Shown here: positions 55,046-64,000 of the stretch, in pieces
Layout of the letters: the number at the start of each line of letters is the position of its first letter
How positions within the stretch are numbered: the first letter of the stretch is position 1
Assembly (NCBI RefSeq): GCF_000142905.1
Contig: NW_013657651.1
Location: 1-64,000 of the forward strand
Length of the DNA: 64,000 bases
Direction: 5' to 3'
Source: Thecamonas trahens ATCC 50062
Taxonomy: Eukaryota > Protista > Apusomonadida
The notes under the pieces: model-generated
Databases searched by the model: none
Told to the model about the DNA's origin: nothing
What the model saw: the letters and a program-made list of their open reading frames with translations, nothing else
Translations under genes and position numbers: made by a program

Positions 55046-58000
55046 ATGAGTCATGGCGGAGGCAACGAGAGAGTACCGAGCAAAGGTGGTGACCACGGGA
55101 CATATGTGGAGACTGAGCATGGACATGTTCTTCCCCGTGGAGGAGAGGATGGTGTCGGGCAAGAGGGGGGCGGCACCGGTGGTAAGGGGGTGAGGGAGGG
55201 TGGGGGTGAGGGCTCGGGCATGGGGGGCCTGGACACGGACACGGGCACGGGTATGGGGATCCTGGACACGGACATGGGCACGGGTATGGGGATCCTGGAC
55301 ACGGACACGGGTACGGGCATGGGGGTTCTAGACACGGACATGGGCACGGGTATGGGGATCCTGGACACGGACACGGGTACGGGCATGGGGGTTCTAGACA
55401 CGGACATGGGCACGGGCACGGGGGTCCTGGACACGGACACGGGCGTCGCCACAGCCGGAGAACGCACCATCGCCACAGCTGGGGAACCGACCAGCGATAC
55501 GATCGATCATCCCACCTGGGCCTGGAACTACGGCTTTGTCATCCCGCCGCCGCCATCAAGCCTCGGCTCTGAGCCGTCGTTCCTCGCCGACATCGCGGCG
55601 TACACTCGGGCCTCAACAGCCCGGTCGCGTGCGGCGCAGGCCTCGCCATCAGTCGCCGCACGCGCCAAGGCTGGCTTTCCACGCGAAATGCGTCCGACTG
55701 TGTGGCGTGCGTTCATCGGGACAAATCCGTCCCATGACTACGCTGCTCTCACAGAGGCAGTCGCCTCTGGCTCTCTCGGTGAGCTGACCAGCACCACCGC
55801 TTCCACACTGGAAGAGCTTGAAGACCAGATCGCCAAGGACTCGACGCGAACCTTTCCGGGCCATCCACTCTTCACGCCGCTCGACCCCAACGCGCCGCCG
55901 TCAGCTGCGCAAATCCCGTACCTCACCGCTATGCGCCGCGTTCTCCTCATCTTTGCCGCCACCCATCCGGCCATCGGCTACTGCCAGGGCCTCAACTACA
56001 TCGCCGCCGCTCTGCTGAGCTTTGCCACCACCGGCACACCAGACGTTTCGCTCGAGGCCGAGACCCTCACATACGACCTCCTCTGTGCCCTCCTTCCTTC
56101 GCTGCCCGACTACCACGGCCACAACCTACTCGGCTTTCAGGTCGATGTCTGCGTACTCCGCCGCCTCCTCGCCCTCCGCGCCCGCGGCTTCACGCCAAGC
56201 TCGCCGAGCACGATCTGCCGCTCGACATGGTAGTCACGCCATGGCTCATCACGCTCTTCACCTCGGTCCTCCCGCTTGAGACCACCGCTCGCATGCTCGA
56301 CTGCTTCATCTGCATCACTCCGCTCGTTGTCCTCAAGACCGCGCTTGCTCTGTTCCTTGTCCTCTCGCCCGCGCTTCTCGCCGCTTCTTCGCGCGCCGAG
56401 CTCATGGAGCTCCTCCGCCGGGGGCCCGAGTCTTGGTACGATGCCGACGAGCTCATCGCCACCGTTTTCTCGCCCGTCTGCGAGCTTGACCGCTCCAAGC
56501 TGGAGCACTTTCGCGACCTTGCCCGCGCTTCCATCGTCGACGACCCCAACTTTGTGTTTGGCTCCGCAGAGCCCAGCGCGGCGCCGCACGCCGGCCCGCG
56601 CGGCTCGCGCATCGCCGCCGTACGCCGCGCTGTCGAGGGTCTTGTGGCAGAAGCCGCTCTCGCCTCGGAGATCACCGACGCCTCGCCCTCGCTGCTGGAG
56701 TTCTGCCAGGCCTTCGAGGCCGTCATGCGCCACGGCTTCAAAGACCGCAGCGGCGGCCTCTTCTCCCGCACCCCGCGCGAGTTTTGGGAGTACGTCGAAA
56801 AGGTCCGCAAGTACCATCCTCACGCGGCGCCCACCATCAAGTCCATCGCCGCCATGTCCGAGCTCCGCTCCCCGCTCGGTCGTGCCCGGGCCTGGATCCG
56901 CGCCGCGCTCGTCGAGGCCCGCCTGGAAGAGTATCTTGTCGCCCTTCTCAACCACACCAACCTGACCAAGGAGTGGTATGCTGATCACGCCGTTCTCCGC
57001 TCCCATGTCGACGTGCTTGCGCTCCTCGCCCAGCTTGCTCGCCTCTCCTCCATCAACTTTGCACTCTGTGCCCGCGACGTCGACCTCGACTCCTCGTGGC
57101 GGCCGCTCTCCGGCGTCAACGCCACGCCGGCTCCTGCTCGTGCCGCCGCCCTCGGCTCCGACGCTGTGGGCCTCCTGCCCGACCCCGAATCTCGCGCTCC
57201 ACACCGCTGCCCGCTCTGTGGTGACCGCTACGCGCAGCCCAAGATGCTTGACTGCCTTCACTCGTTCTGCGCACTTTGCCTCATCAGCCTCGTCGCTGCC
57301 AGCGTCCGTGCCGGCTCTCCTGCGTCGGTCGCCTGCCCCGAGTGCTCGGTCCATACCGCGCTCGCCACTTCCCATCCGCTGCCCAAAGCCGAGCTTGCCG
57401 CTGCCCTGCACGCCCTTCTGTTACCCGGGCCGCATCGCGCCGCCCTTGCCGCCGCGTCCGCCGCCCAACAGCACCCGGAAACATCGCCGGCCCGCAAGCA
57501 CCCGCGCACGCCAGAGCCGACCCAGCCTGAGCCAGCAGAACCGAGCGATGCCGATGGGCTCAGCTTTGATATGCGCGGTGAGCTTGTCGAGTCGCCTGCC
57601 CGCCAGAACCTCCGGATCCATCTCCTCATGGGTGATCACGTCGATGACGCCACTTTGCTCGCAGCCTCGGCCGTCCTCCTCCTCCCCACAAACGTTGTGC
57701 TTGAGCGCGACGTGGTCGGACTCTGCTCGCAGTGCGACGAGTGGCCCGGCACGTGCTCGTGCAAGGTCTGCGGCGTCCGTCTCTGCAAGCTCCACGCCCG
57801 CGTCCACCACAAGATTACCCTCCTCTCTCACCGAGTCTTGCCGTCGCTCCCGCCACCGCCGCTCCCGCCGCTCTGTCCCATCCATCCCGAGTACCCGCTC
57901 GCTTTGCAGTGCATGCCGTGTGCTAAAGCGCTCTGCGGCGCGTGTGTCGAGAGCGGCCGCCATGCCGCGCATCACACGTTGCCGCTCACGGTGCACGGAG

Positions 58001-58530
58001 CCAACGCCCGCAACGAGCTCACTGCTGCCGCAGCTCACATCGCCGCCACCCGCACCGCCATCGTACCGCACATGCCCTTCGCCGCCAGAGAAGCCCGGGC
58101 TCTCGCCGACGCCCGGTCGTCGGTCACGGCCGCCTTTGCGACTCTCCGCGCAGCCGTCGACGCCGCAGAAGCCCGCTGCTTAGCCTCGCTCGAGACAGCC
58201 GAGCTCGACGGCGTCGCCGCGCGGGCGTCGCGTGGCGTTCCTGCTCTCCGCTACAACATGCTTGCGCGCGCCCTGCCGCTCCTGGACCACGCGCAAGTAA
58301 CCGTCGATGCTACCATCGCCTCTGCCACGGACACCGAGCTTGGCCTTCTCGAGCCTGTGCTCACTCGGCACTTGGCGACGCTTCCGGCTGGCGGCATAGA
58401 CCTTGACGCAGCAACGTCGTCACCAGAGGCAGAGGCTGCTCGCTGTAACGCCCGCGACCGGCTCGTCGCCGCCGCCACGGCGCTCGATGTCTCCGACATG
58501 GTCGCCCAGCTCGCCGCGCTAAACCTGTAG
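55046..58530 (+). CDS. TBC (Rab-GAP) - RUN - RING - B-box - B-box - helical multidomain protein; 1-nt frameshift at ~56182
   Basis: TBC: QIAKDSTRTFP, YCQGLNYIAA, WLITLF. RUN: FEAVMRHGFK, GRARAWIRAAL, WYADHAVL. RING: CPLC..LDCLHSFCALC..CPEC. B-boxes: CSQC..CKVCGVRLCKLHARVH and CPIHP..CMPCAKALCGAC..HAAH. Confidence 0.85.
55229..55444 (+). repeat. 33-bp coding tandem repeat (LDTD[T/M]GTGMG[I/V]) x6.5
   Basis: Visible in DNA and translation. Confidence 0.9.
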
Positions 58531-58575
58531 CTGGTGTTGCGATCTTGTTCATTTGGGACGAGTGGACCGCCAAAC

Positions 58576-59850
58576 CTAGTTGGCGAGGGTGCGCGGGACA
58601 AAGACCGGGGCCTGAGCCGAGAGTGGTGAGCCTCTGGCCGGGAGCGCTTCGTCCGCACGCGTGGGCGTGGTCGGCGTCAAAGGGTACGAGGCTTGCGCTG
58701 GCTTGGCATGCGGTGGGAGAGCCTGCGCGTTCTCGTTAGCTGAGAGCCGGGCCGACGATGACGTAGACGCCGCCGTCATTGGCGCCGGAGCGGGATGGGT
58801 GTAGTACATCGCCGGCGTCGCCGGGTGCGCGGCGTACATCGCCTGCGGCGGCGGGACCGGCGCGTAGTACGGCTCGTACGGCACATACGTAGGATAGCCT
58901 TGTCCTGGCCCGGCGCCGGCCACCGGATACGGGTAGCCAGTCCAGCCTTGGCCATGGTGCCACGCCACAGCGGTAAACTGTGGGAGGTCACCATCGGGAG
59001 CGTGGTATCCGTTTGCGCCCAGTAGTGCCTGGCCCTGTGGCGCGTTGCCATCGCTGATGGCAACCGAGAGAGCAGCCGGCGAGCCGGTGTCGTCACACGC
59101 GTCAGAGTCGCCGTGAAGCTGCTGCTCACGCAGCCGCTGCTGCTGACGCTCGTAGGCAAGCTTGCGCTGGTAGGCACGCGAGTGGATGCGCGAGCGTGAC
59201 TTGACCTTTTCCGAGAACCGCTCATCGGCGAGCAGCCGCAGGTGCGAGGTCGAGTCCTTGGGCTGGATGCGGTCGGTTGGATGAATAAAGTGGCAGCGCT
59301 TGCCGTATGGGCACCAGCCCGACGCGTGGTACAGGGCGCAGAGCTTGGTCTTGTACTCTTTGGGCACTCGCGGCGGCGGCTCGCGGAGCTCGCTCTCGCC
59401 GTGCGCAAACGAGCACTCTTCGCCATACGGACACGACTCGGGGTTGTTCATCCACTTGATACAGAGCGCCGTCTTGAACAGCTCTTGCGGCGAGATCTTG
59501 AGGCCCTTGAGTGACGATGGCGAGACATAGTTGCCCTTGCCGCCCTTCCCGCTCCGCTTCCGTCCACCCCGCCGCCGCCCACGCCCACCCGATCCGGGCG
59601 ACTTTGATCCGCCTCCCGTCGACGACGGCGACGAACCCGTCGTCTCATCAGACTGGGGCGATTTGGCCTCTCCCGCCTTGGCCTCGCCTGCCTTGGCCTC
59701 GCCCGCCTTGGCCTCGCCCGCCTTGGCCTCGCCCGCCTTGGCCTCGCCCGCCTTGGCGACGCCTCCGCCAGCTTGGCCGAGGCCGGCCTTGGCAGCGGCG
59801 GCACCTCCGGCTACGTTCTGTGTCACCACGGTATCGTCCTGGGTAGCCAT
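58576..59850 (-). CDS. TIS11/tristetraprolin-like tandem CCCH zinc-finger RNA-binding protein
   Basis: FKTALC..CPYGEECSFAHGESELR...YKTKLC..CPYGKRCHFIH. The N-terminus has a KAGEA x6 repeat. Confidence 0.9.
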   Translation of the reverse strand: MATQDDTVVTQNVAGGAAAAKAGLGQAGGGVAKAGEAKAGEAKAGEAKAGEAKAGEAKAGEAKSPQSDETTGSSPSSTGGGSKSPGSGGRGRRRGGRKRSGKGGKGNYVSPSSLKGLKISPQELFKTALCIKWMNNPESCPYGEECSFAHGESELREPPPRVPKEYKTKLCALYHASGWCPYGKRCHFIHPTDRIQPKDSTSHLRLLADERFSEKVKSRSRIHSRAYQRKLAYERQQQRLREQQLHGDSDACDDTGSPAALSVAISDGNAPQGQALLGANGYHAPDGDLPQFTAVAWHHGQGWTGYPYPVAGAGPGQGYPTYVPYEPYYAPVPPPQAMYAAHPATPAMYYTHPAPAPMTAASTSSSARLSANENAQALPPHAKPAQASYPLTPTTPTRADEALPARGSPLSAQAPVFVPRTLAN

Positions 59851-60786
59851 ACTTGTACTTGTTCCTTGAGTCTTGGTCTGGCTTGTCTGTACAAGGCATC
59901 CAGAGCAGAGGTTGGCGCAGTGTAAGTGGCGGAGAGCGGGGGGGAAAGGGGGAGTGCCCGACGGGCAAGCGCCAAAAAATGTCACCCGCCGACCCGACCT
60001 TCTCGACGCGATGCTCGTTCGTGGTGTATACGATAGCTATGAAGGTTCTGAAGAGTGTACAATGTAGAGCAATAATGGTGGAGGATGTGACTGTAATGTG
60101 GAGTTCAGGAGATGGTGTATTCCGTGTAGGGGACGGTGTAGAGGTGCTCGGTTCCGGGTGCAGAATTGGCGGCAGAAACGGTTCGCGCGCCGTTTACGAC
60201 CTTTTCCGACCACTCGGCGAGGGAGTATGGCCATGCAAGGGGAGGCGAGGGAGGGAAGAAGAAGAGGGTGATGACAAAGCATACGTACCAAAAGGATATG
60301 CTTGACGCCTTGGTTCGCCACCCCGGGTGAGGAGTCTCGCAACAGGTTGCTTCTTCCCCTTTGCTTGCGCCAAGTCTTGCCTCCTCCCCCCCCTCCTCCC
60401 CCAACTCCTTCCCATTCCCCTTCCTCTCTCTCTCTCTCTCGGGTGAGCAAAGGGCAGACGCTGTCACTTATGTTTGCTCGTTCAACCAATGTTGCATTCA
60501 ATCAAATTGTTATTGGTTTTGACTCTTTTTTTTGCATGCATGCACTGGCCATGTCTCAACACCTCACAAGACCCAATTGGCGCACCTATCGGGCGAGTAG
60601 GGCGCCACCGTCACCCGCGACTGGTTGATGACAGAGTCAAACTCGACTAAGTTGGCGGTCCAGCCCTTGGGCACGGCCGAGATGTCTTTGGAAAAGCCAG
60701 TGAGGAGGGAGACGTGGCCTTGCTTTGCCACTAGCCATACTCGGGGCTCGACTCTTGAGGCCGACCGCATGCTGTGTGTGAGGGCA

Positions 60787-61943
60787 TCAACCGGTGGCTT
60801 TGAGGCAATTGATACAGACGGCTGAACCGGTGACCTCGTTGATCTGGGTACATGCCGGGCATGTCCAGAACGAGGATGTGTTGCGCGAGTGAGTAAGCGA
60901 GCGGGCTCGCTTGGAACCACTCGCCGTGGTGTAGCTCGGCTGTGGCGCGCTCGTTGACAGTGAGCGCTTGCGCCGAGGTAGGGCTGTCGACGGTGCCGAC
61001 GGTGGCGGCGACGAGGCAAGGAGAGATGGTGGCGGCGGGGGTGGATCTGTCGACGAGTGCCCGGAACGAGTGCTCCCACATGCATCGCAGCAGAGAAACT
61101 GCGGCTCGTTGACTAGAGTGCAGCACTTGCACTGCCACGGCGAGGAGCCGTCGTCGTCGTCGTCGTCGTCGTCCGAAGAATGACAATGACGTCTGGCGTC
61201 TCGACATCTGCCTCTGCGGCAGCAGCGGTGTCAACAGTGGCGGCGTCAACAGCGACCTCAGCAGCAGCGGTAGCCTCGTCAAGATCGCCGCGCGACGCGC
61301 ACCAGACCTGATCACGTAGCCGCTGCTCGGCGGCGCGGGCGCGCAGCTCGCGCGGAGTGAGCTTCTTACCGACACGAGCCGTCGACGCCGAACCGAGAAC
61401 GCCCGAGCCCATGATGCGGCCAAGCTTGGCTCTGCGAACAGCAGCCGCGGACGCGGCGGCAACCGGCGGCCCGCGCGGCGCGTCCCAGTTGAGAAAGGTA
61501 CCGCCGAGCGTGCGCCCGCTGCCGGCAAACGGCCTCGAGTAGCCGTTCCGCTTGAGTGATGCCAGCTCGCCCCTGAGCTTGTCGAGGAGAGCATAAAAGG
61601 CAGTGTTGTGCGGCCCGACATCGTTGTGTGCGAGCTCATGGAGCATGGTCTCCATCACATCGTCGTAGGGGAACAGCGGGCCGAGGAGGGTATTGCGGAG
61701 GCGGATGAGGATCTTCTGGCCGGCGTTGACGTTGAGGCCGAGCAATCGCCGGTTCGATGACGTCAGCTCGCCCACCATGCCGACTCGCCAACCATGATCA
61801 TCTACAATTCGTCGCACATCGTCCACCACACGCGTCAGAAGCTCCAACGCCGCCTTGTCCTGCATGTCCTTCACAGTCACCTTGCCAATGCCCGAGCCCG
61901 AGCCAAAGCCAGAGCCAAAGCCTGCCGACGACGCATGCGACAT
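60787..61943 (-). CDS. WSS1: Wss1/WLM-domain metalloprotease with SIM and two RanBP2-type zinc fingers; 1-nt frameshift at ~61180
   Basis: LLGLNVNAGQKILIRLR, HELAHNDVGPH (HExxH..H), GRTLGG. After adding one T: DVIVISSDDDD, WQCKCCTLVN..CDACG, WTCPACTQIN..CINC, then TGA at 60789-60787. Confidence 0.85.
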
Positions 61944-62327
61944 CTCCCCTCCACCCACACTCAACAAACTCAGCTACCACGTAAAGGACCTTCGCTCGGT
62001 GGTTTTTTTCTGAGTTGGGGCGAGTTGGGTGAGTTCTCCGTCCTGCGGGGGCGGTGAGTGTGTGCCAGCGGGAGAGGAGGAGGGAGGGGGAGGGAGGGAG
62101 ACAAGCCGAGTCGCATTGCCAACAACTTCCAATTGATAGTAAAAAGAAGGATTGCTCCACCGGCGTGAGGAAATTGGAAGCTTTGAGCGGAGAATGGAGC
62201 GGTGGCGGCCTGCGGCGAGATGATGACGACACAACAGGCGCTCGAGCGAGGTCATGACAGAGCAAGGGCAAGGGGACGGGAAGGCTTGCAGACTCGGCCA
62301 CTCGTCGACCAGGTCAGGTGGAAGAGT

Positions 62328-64000
62328 ATGGCTGGAGGAAAGGCTGTGGCAGGAGAGCATGGCAAGGGGATGAGCGAGTCGGAGAAGTTTGCCAAGACGG
62401 TGAGCACGGGCAAGACTGTGCGGAGGCTAATCTTTGTGGTTCTCATCGTTGTCTGTCTTGGCGTCTTTGTGGGTCCAATTGCCCGCATGGCATGGGGTGC
62501 TGGCACGGGATCGATGGAGGAGAAGGAGGCCGTGTGGCGTGCGTATTGGATCATCGCCGTCTTTGGCGGCCTCCTCCCATTCATCCCGTTGTTCTGGAAG
62601 GTGAAGAAGGCCAAGTCGTGGCTCTCGGCCCGTCCGCTCTTTGCCAACATTGTGGTTATTGGGGCTGGCCTCATCGCTGCCACACATGCCGGCATGGTGG
62701 CGGCGGTACTTGAAGCTGGTGTCGGCTACGGATGGACCATGCACTCGGAGTCGGGCTCGCTGACCACCGCCGCAAAGGCGCTTGTGGCGTTTGATCTGTA
62801 TCTCCTCTGGTGTATCACCGTCCAGCAGCTCGGCGCGCTGTTTGTCGGCCTCAAGTCGCCGATCTACTTGTGGGTCGTCTCGTATCCGGCGACGCTTGGG
62901 TACTCGACCGCACTGTTTGGCTGCATGCCGCTGGCGATTGTCCACGCGGTGGCGTCGGGCCCAGAGCCCGCGGCGGTGGTCGCGGTCGCCGCCTTTGGCC
63001 TGGCAGCCTTTGGGCTGGCACAGTCACTCCTCGACTCGCCTTGGGAAGAGGTTACAGTGACTGTTGAGTCGCCTGCGGGCTTTGACGCCGACGCTGGCGG
63101 CTCGCGCGAGCCGCGCGATGGAGTCTATGCCGCGCGCGGGCGCCACTCGGGTAAGACCCGGCTCGGCCCGCTCGAGCTGAGCCGTGGTCGCGGGGGAGAC
63201 GAGCCCGGCCGCCCACTGAGGATTGTGCAGATTACCGACCCACACATTGGCCCCTTTATCTCGATCCGGCGGATGAACGCATTCTGCGAGCAGACCGTTG
63301 CACTCGATCCCGACCTTGTGCTCATGACCGGCGACTACTGCACGACCGAGGCGCATCTGACTCCCGGGTGCTTGGCGGCGGCGTTTGCGCCGCTGGCTGC
63401 GCTCAAGGGCAGGGTATATGCCACGCTCGGCAATCACGATCACGAGGTGCTGCGGTTTGTCAAGGACGAGCTTGCTGCGCTCGGCGTCATCCTCATTGTC
63501 GACGCCGAGGCACTCGTGGAGACCCAGGCTGGGCTTGTCCAGCTCGTCGGTGTCGACTTTTTCTTCCACGACAAGCCGCGGCTGTACTCCAAGGTCATTC
63601 GGCGATTCCCACCGAACGCTCGCGCCGCCTACCGCATCCTGCTCATCCACGATCCGGGTGCATTTCGGTACGTGCCGGCCGACGACCACGCGTTGGTCCT
63701 CTCGGGCCACACTCACGGCGGCCAGATCGGCCTTGTCTCGTGTGGCCTCGAAAAGTGCACCGCAGTCTCGGTCGGCTCGATCGGCCGCATCCCGGACCAC
63801 GGCGTGTGGCAGCTTGGGACCAACAGGTTGTATGTCAACCGCGGACAGGGAACCCGGTTCATGGGTGGTAACTTCCTTGTCCGGTTCGGTGTGCCGGCTG
63901 AGGCCTCGGTTCTTGTGGTCACCACCGACTCGACGGGCGTCGACGCGCCCGAAGTCTCGGACTCGGTCTTTACCCGCCACGAGCGCGAAGAGGGCATGGT
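62328..64000 (+). CDS. Membrane-anchored calcineurin-like metallophosphoesterase (YkuE/TMPPE-like), 3' truncated by window end
   Basis: Open frame from ATG 62328/62370 to the window edge, so it is absent from the ORF track. Several TM helices, then LRIVQITDPHIG, MTGDY, TLGNHDHE, LLIHDP, LSGHTHGGQ, YVNRGQG. Confidence 0.88.
   Translation, partial: MAGGKAVAGEHGKGMSESEKFAKTVSTGKTVRRLIFVVLIVVCLGVFVGPIARMAWGAGTGSMEEKEAVWRAYWIIAVFGGLLPFIPLFWKVKKAKSWLSARPLFANIVVIGAGLIAATHAGMVAAVLEAGVGYGWTMHSESGSLTTAAKALVAFDLYLLWCITVQQLGALFVGLKSPIYLWVVSYPATLGYSTALFGCMPLAIVHAVASGPEPAAVVAVAAFGLAAFGLAQSLLDSPWEEVTVTVESPAGFDADAGGSREPRDGVYAARGRHSGKTRLGPLELSRGRGGDEPGRPLRIVQITDPHIGPFISIRRMNAFCEQTVALDPDLVLMTGDYCTTEAHLTPGCLAAAFAPLAALKGRVYATLGNHDHEVLRFVKDELAALGVILIVDAEALVETQAGLVQLVGVDFFFHDKPRLYSKVIRRFPPNARAAYRILLIHDPGAFRYVPADDHALVLSGHTHGGQIGLVSCGLEKCTAVSVGSIGRIPDHGVWQLGTNRLYVNRGQGTRFMGGNFLVRFGVPAEASVLVVTTDSTGVDAPEVSDSVFTRHEREEGM

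Noticed and set aside
59851-60786. Small ORFs upstream of the CCCH gene (59853..60305, 60037..60501)
   Set aside because: No motifs, with simple-sequence content. Likely 5' UTR or promoter.
26463-61943. DNA-repair gene cluster (ZRANB3, RAD54B, WSS1)
   Set aside because: The genes are about 13-15 kb apart and interleaved with unrelated genes, which is compatible with chance in a gene-dense genome.

Overview
GC-rich, gene-dense, intron-poor eukaryotic nuclear DNA. It has spliceosomal GTATGT/GTACGY...CAG introns, augmin, BORC, bHLH and DHHC genes, microsatellites and a 100-N scaffold gap. The style suggests a unicellular protist such as an apusomonad like Thecamonas, which is an inference only. 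About 26 protein-coding genes can be read, several reconstructed across introns or single-base frameshifts that the ORF track misses. Recognisable genes: LRR protein, PHGDH-PSAT fusion, GHITM/BI-1, bHLH, F-BAR-like, AVL9, steroid 5-alpha-reductase-like, ZRANB3, HAUS3, SERINC, BORCS5, PDAT, RAD54B, TPP carrier, RapGAP, ITPK1, DHHC, TIS11-like CCCH, WSS1 and a metallophosphoesterase. The most notable items are: (1) an unrecognised ~825-aa protein built from 5-6 copies of a G[MRQ]HP...SGW...E domain and interrupted by two compensating frameshifts; (2) a SerA-SerC fusion with a hidden mitochondrial-presequence exon; (3) a 7TM gustatory-receptor-like (GRL/DUF3537) candidate; (4) a BPI/TULIP + double-PqiA membrane protein; (5) a Crinkler-like SAM + degenerate REase + DFD-kinase protein; (6) a TBC-RUN-RING-Bbox-Bbox fusion; and (7) seven single-base-deletion frameshifts in otherwise intact genes, most likely assembly error but testable. 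All family calls rest on motif recall, not database searches. No rRNA, tRNA, CRISPR array or clear transposon was seen.
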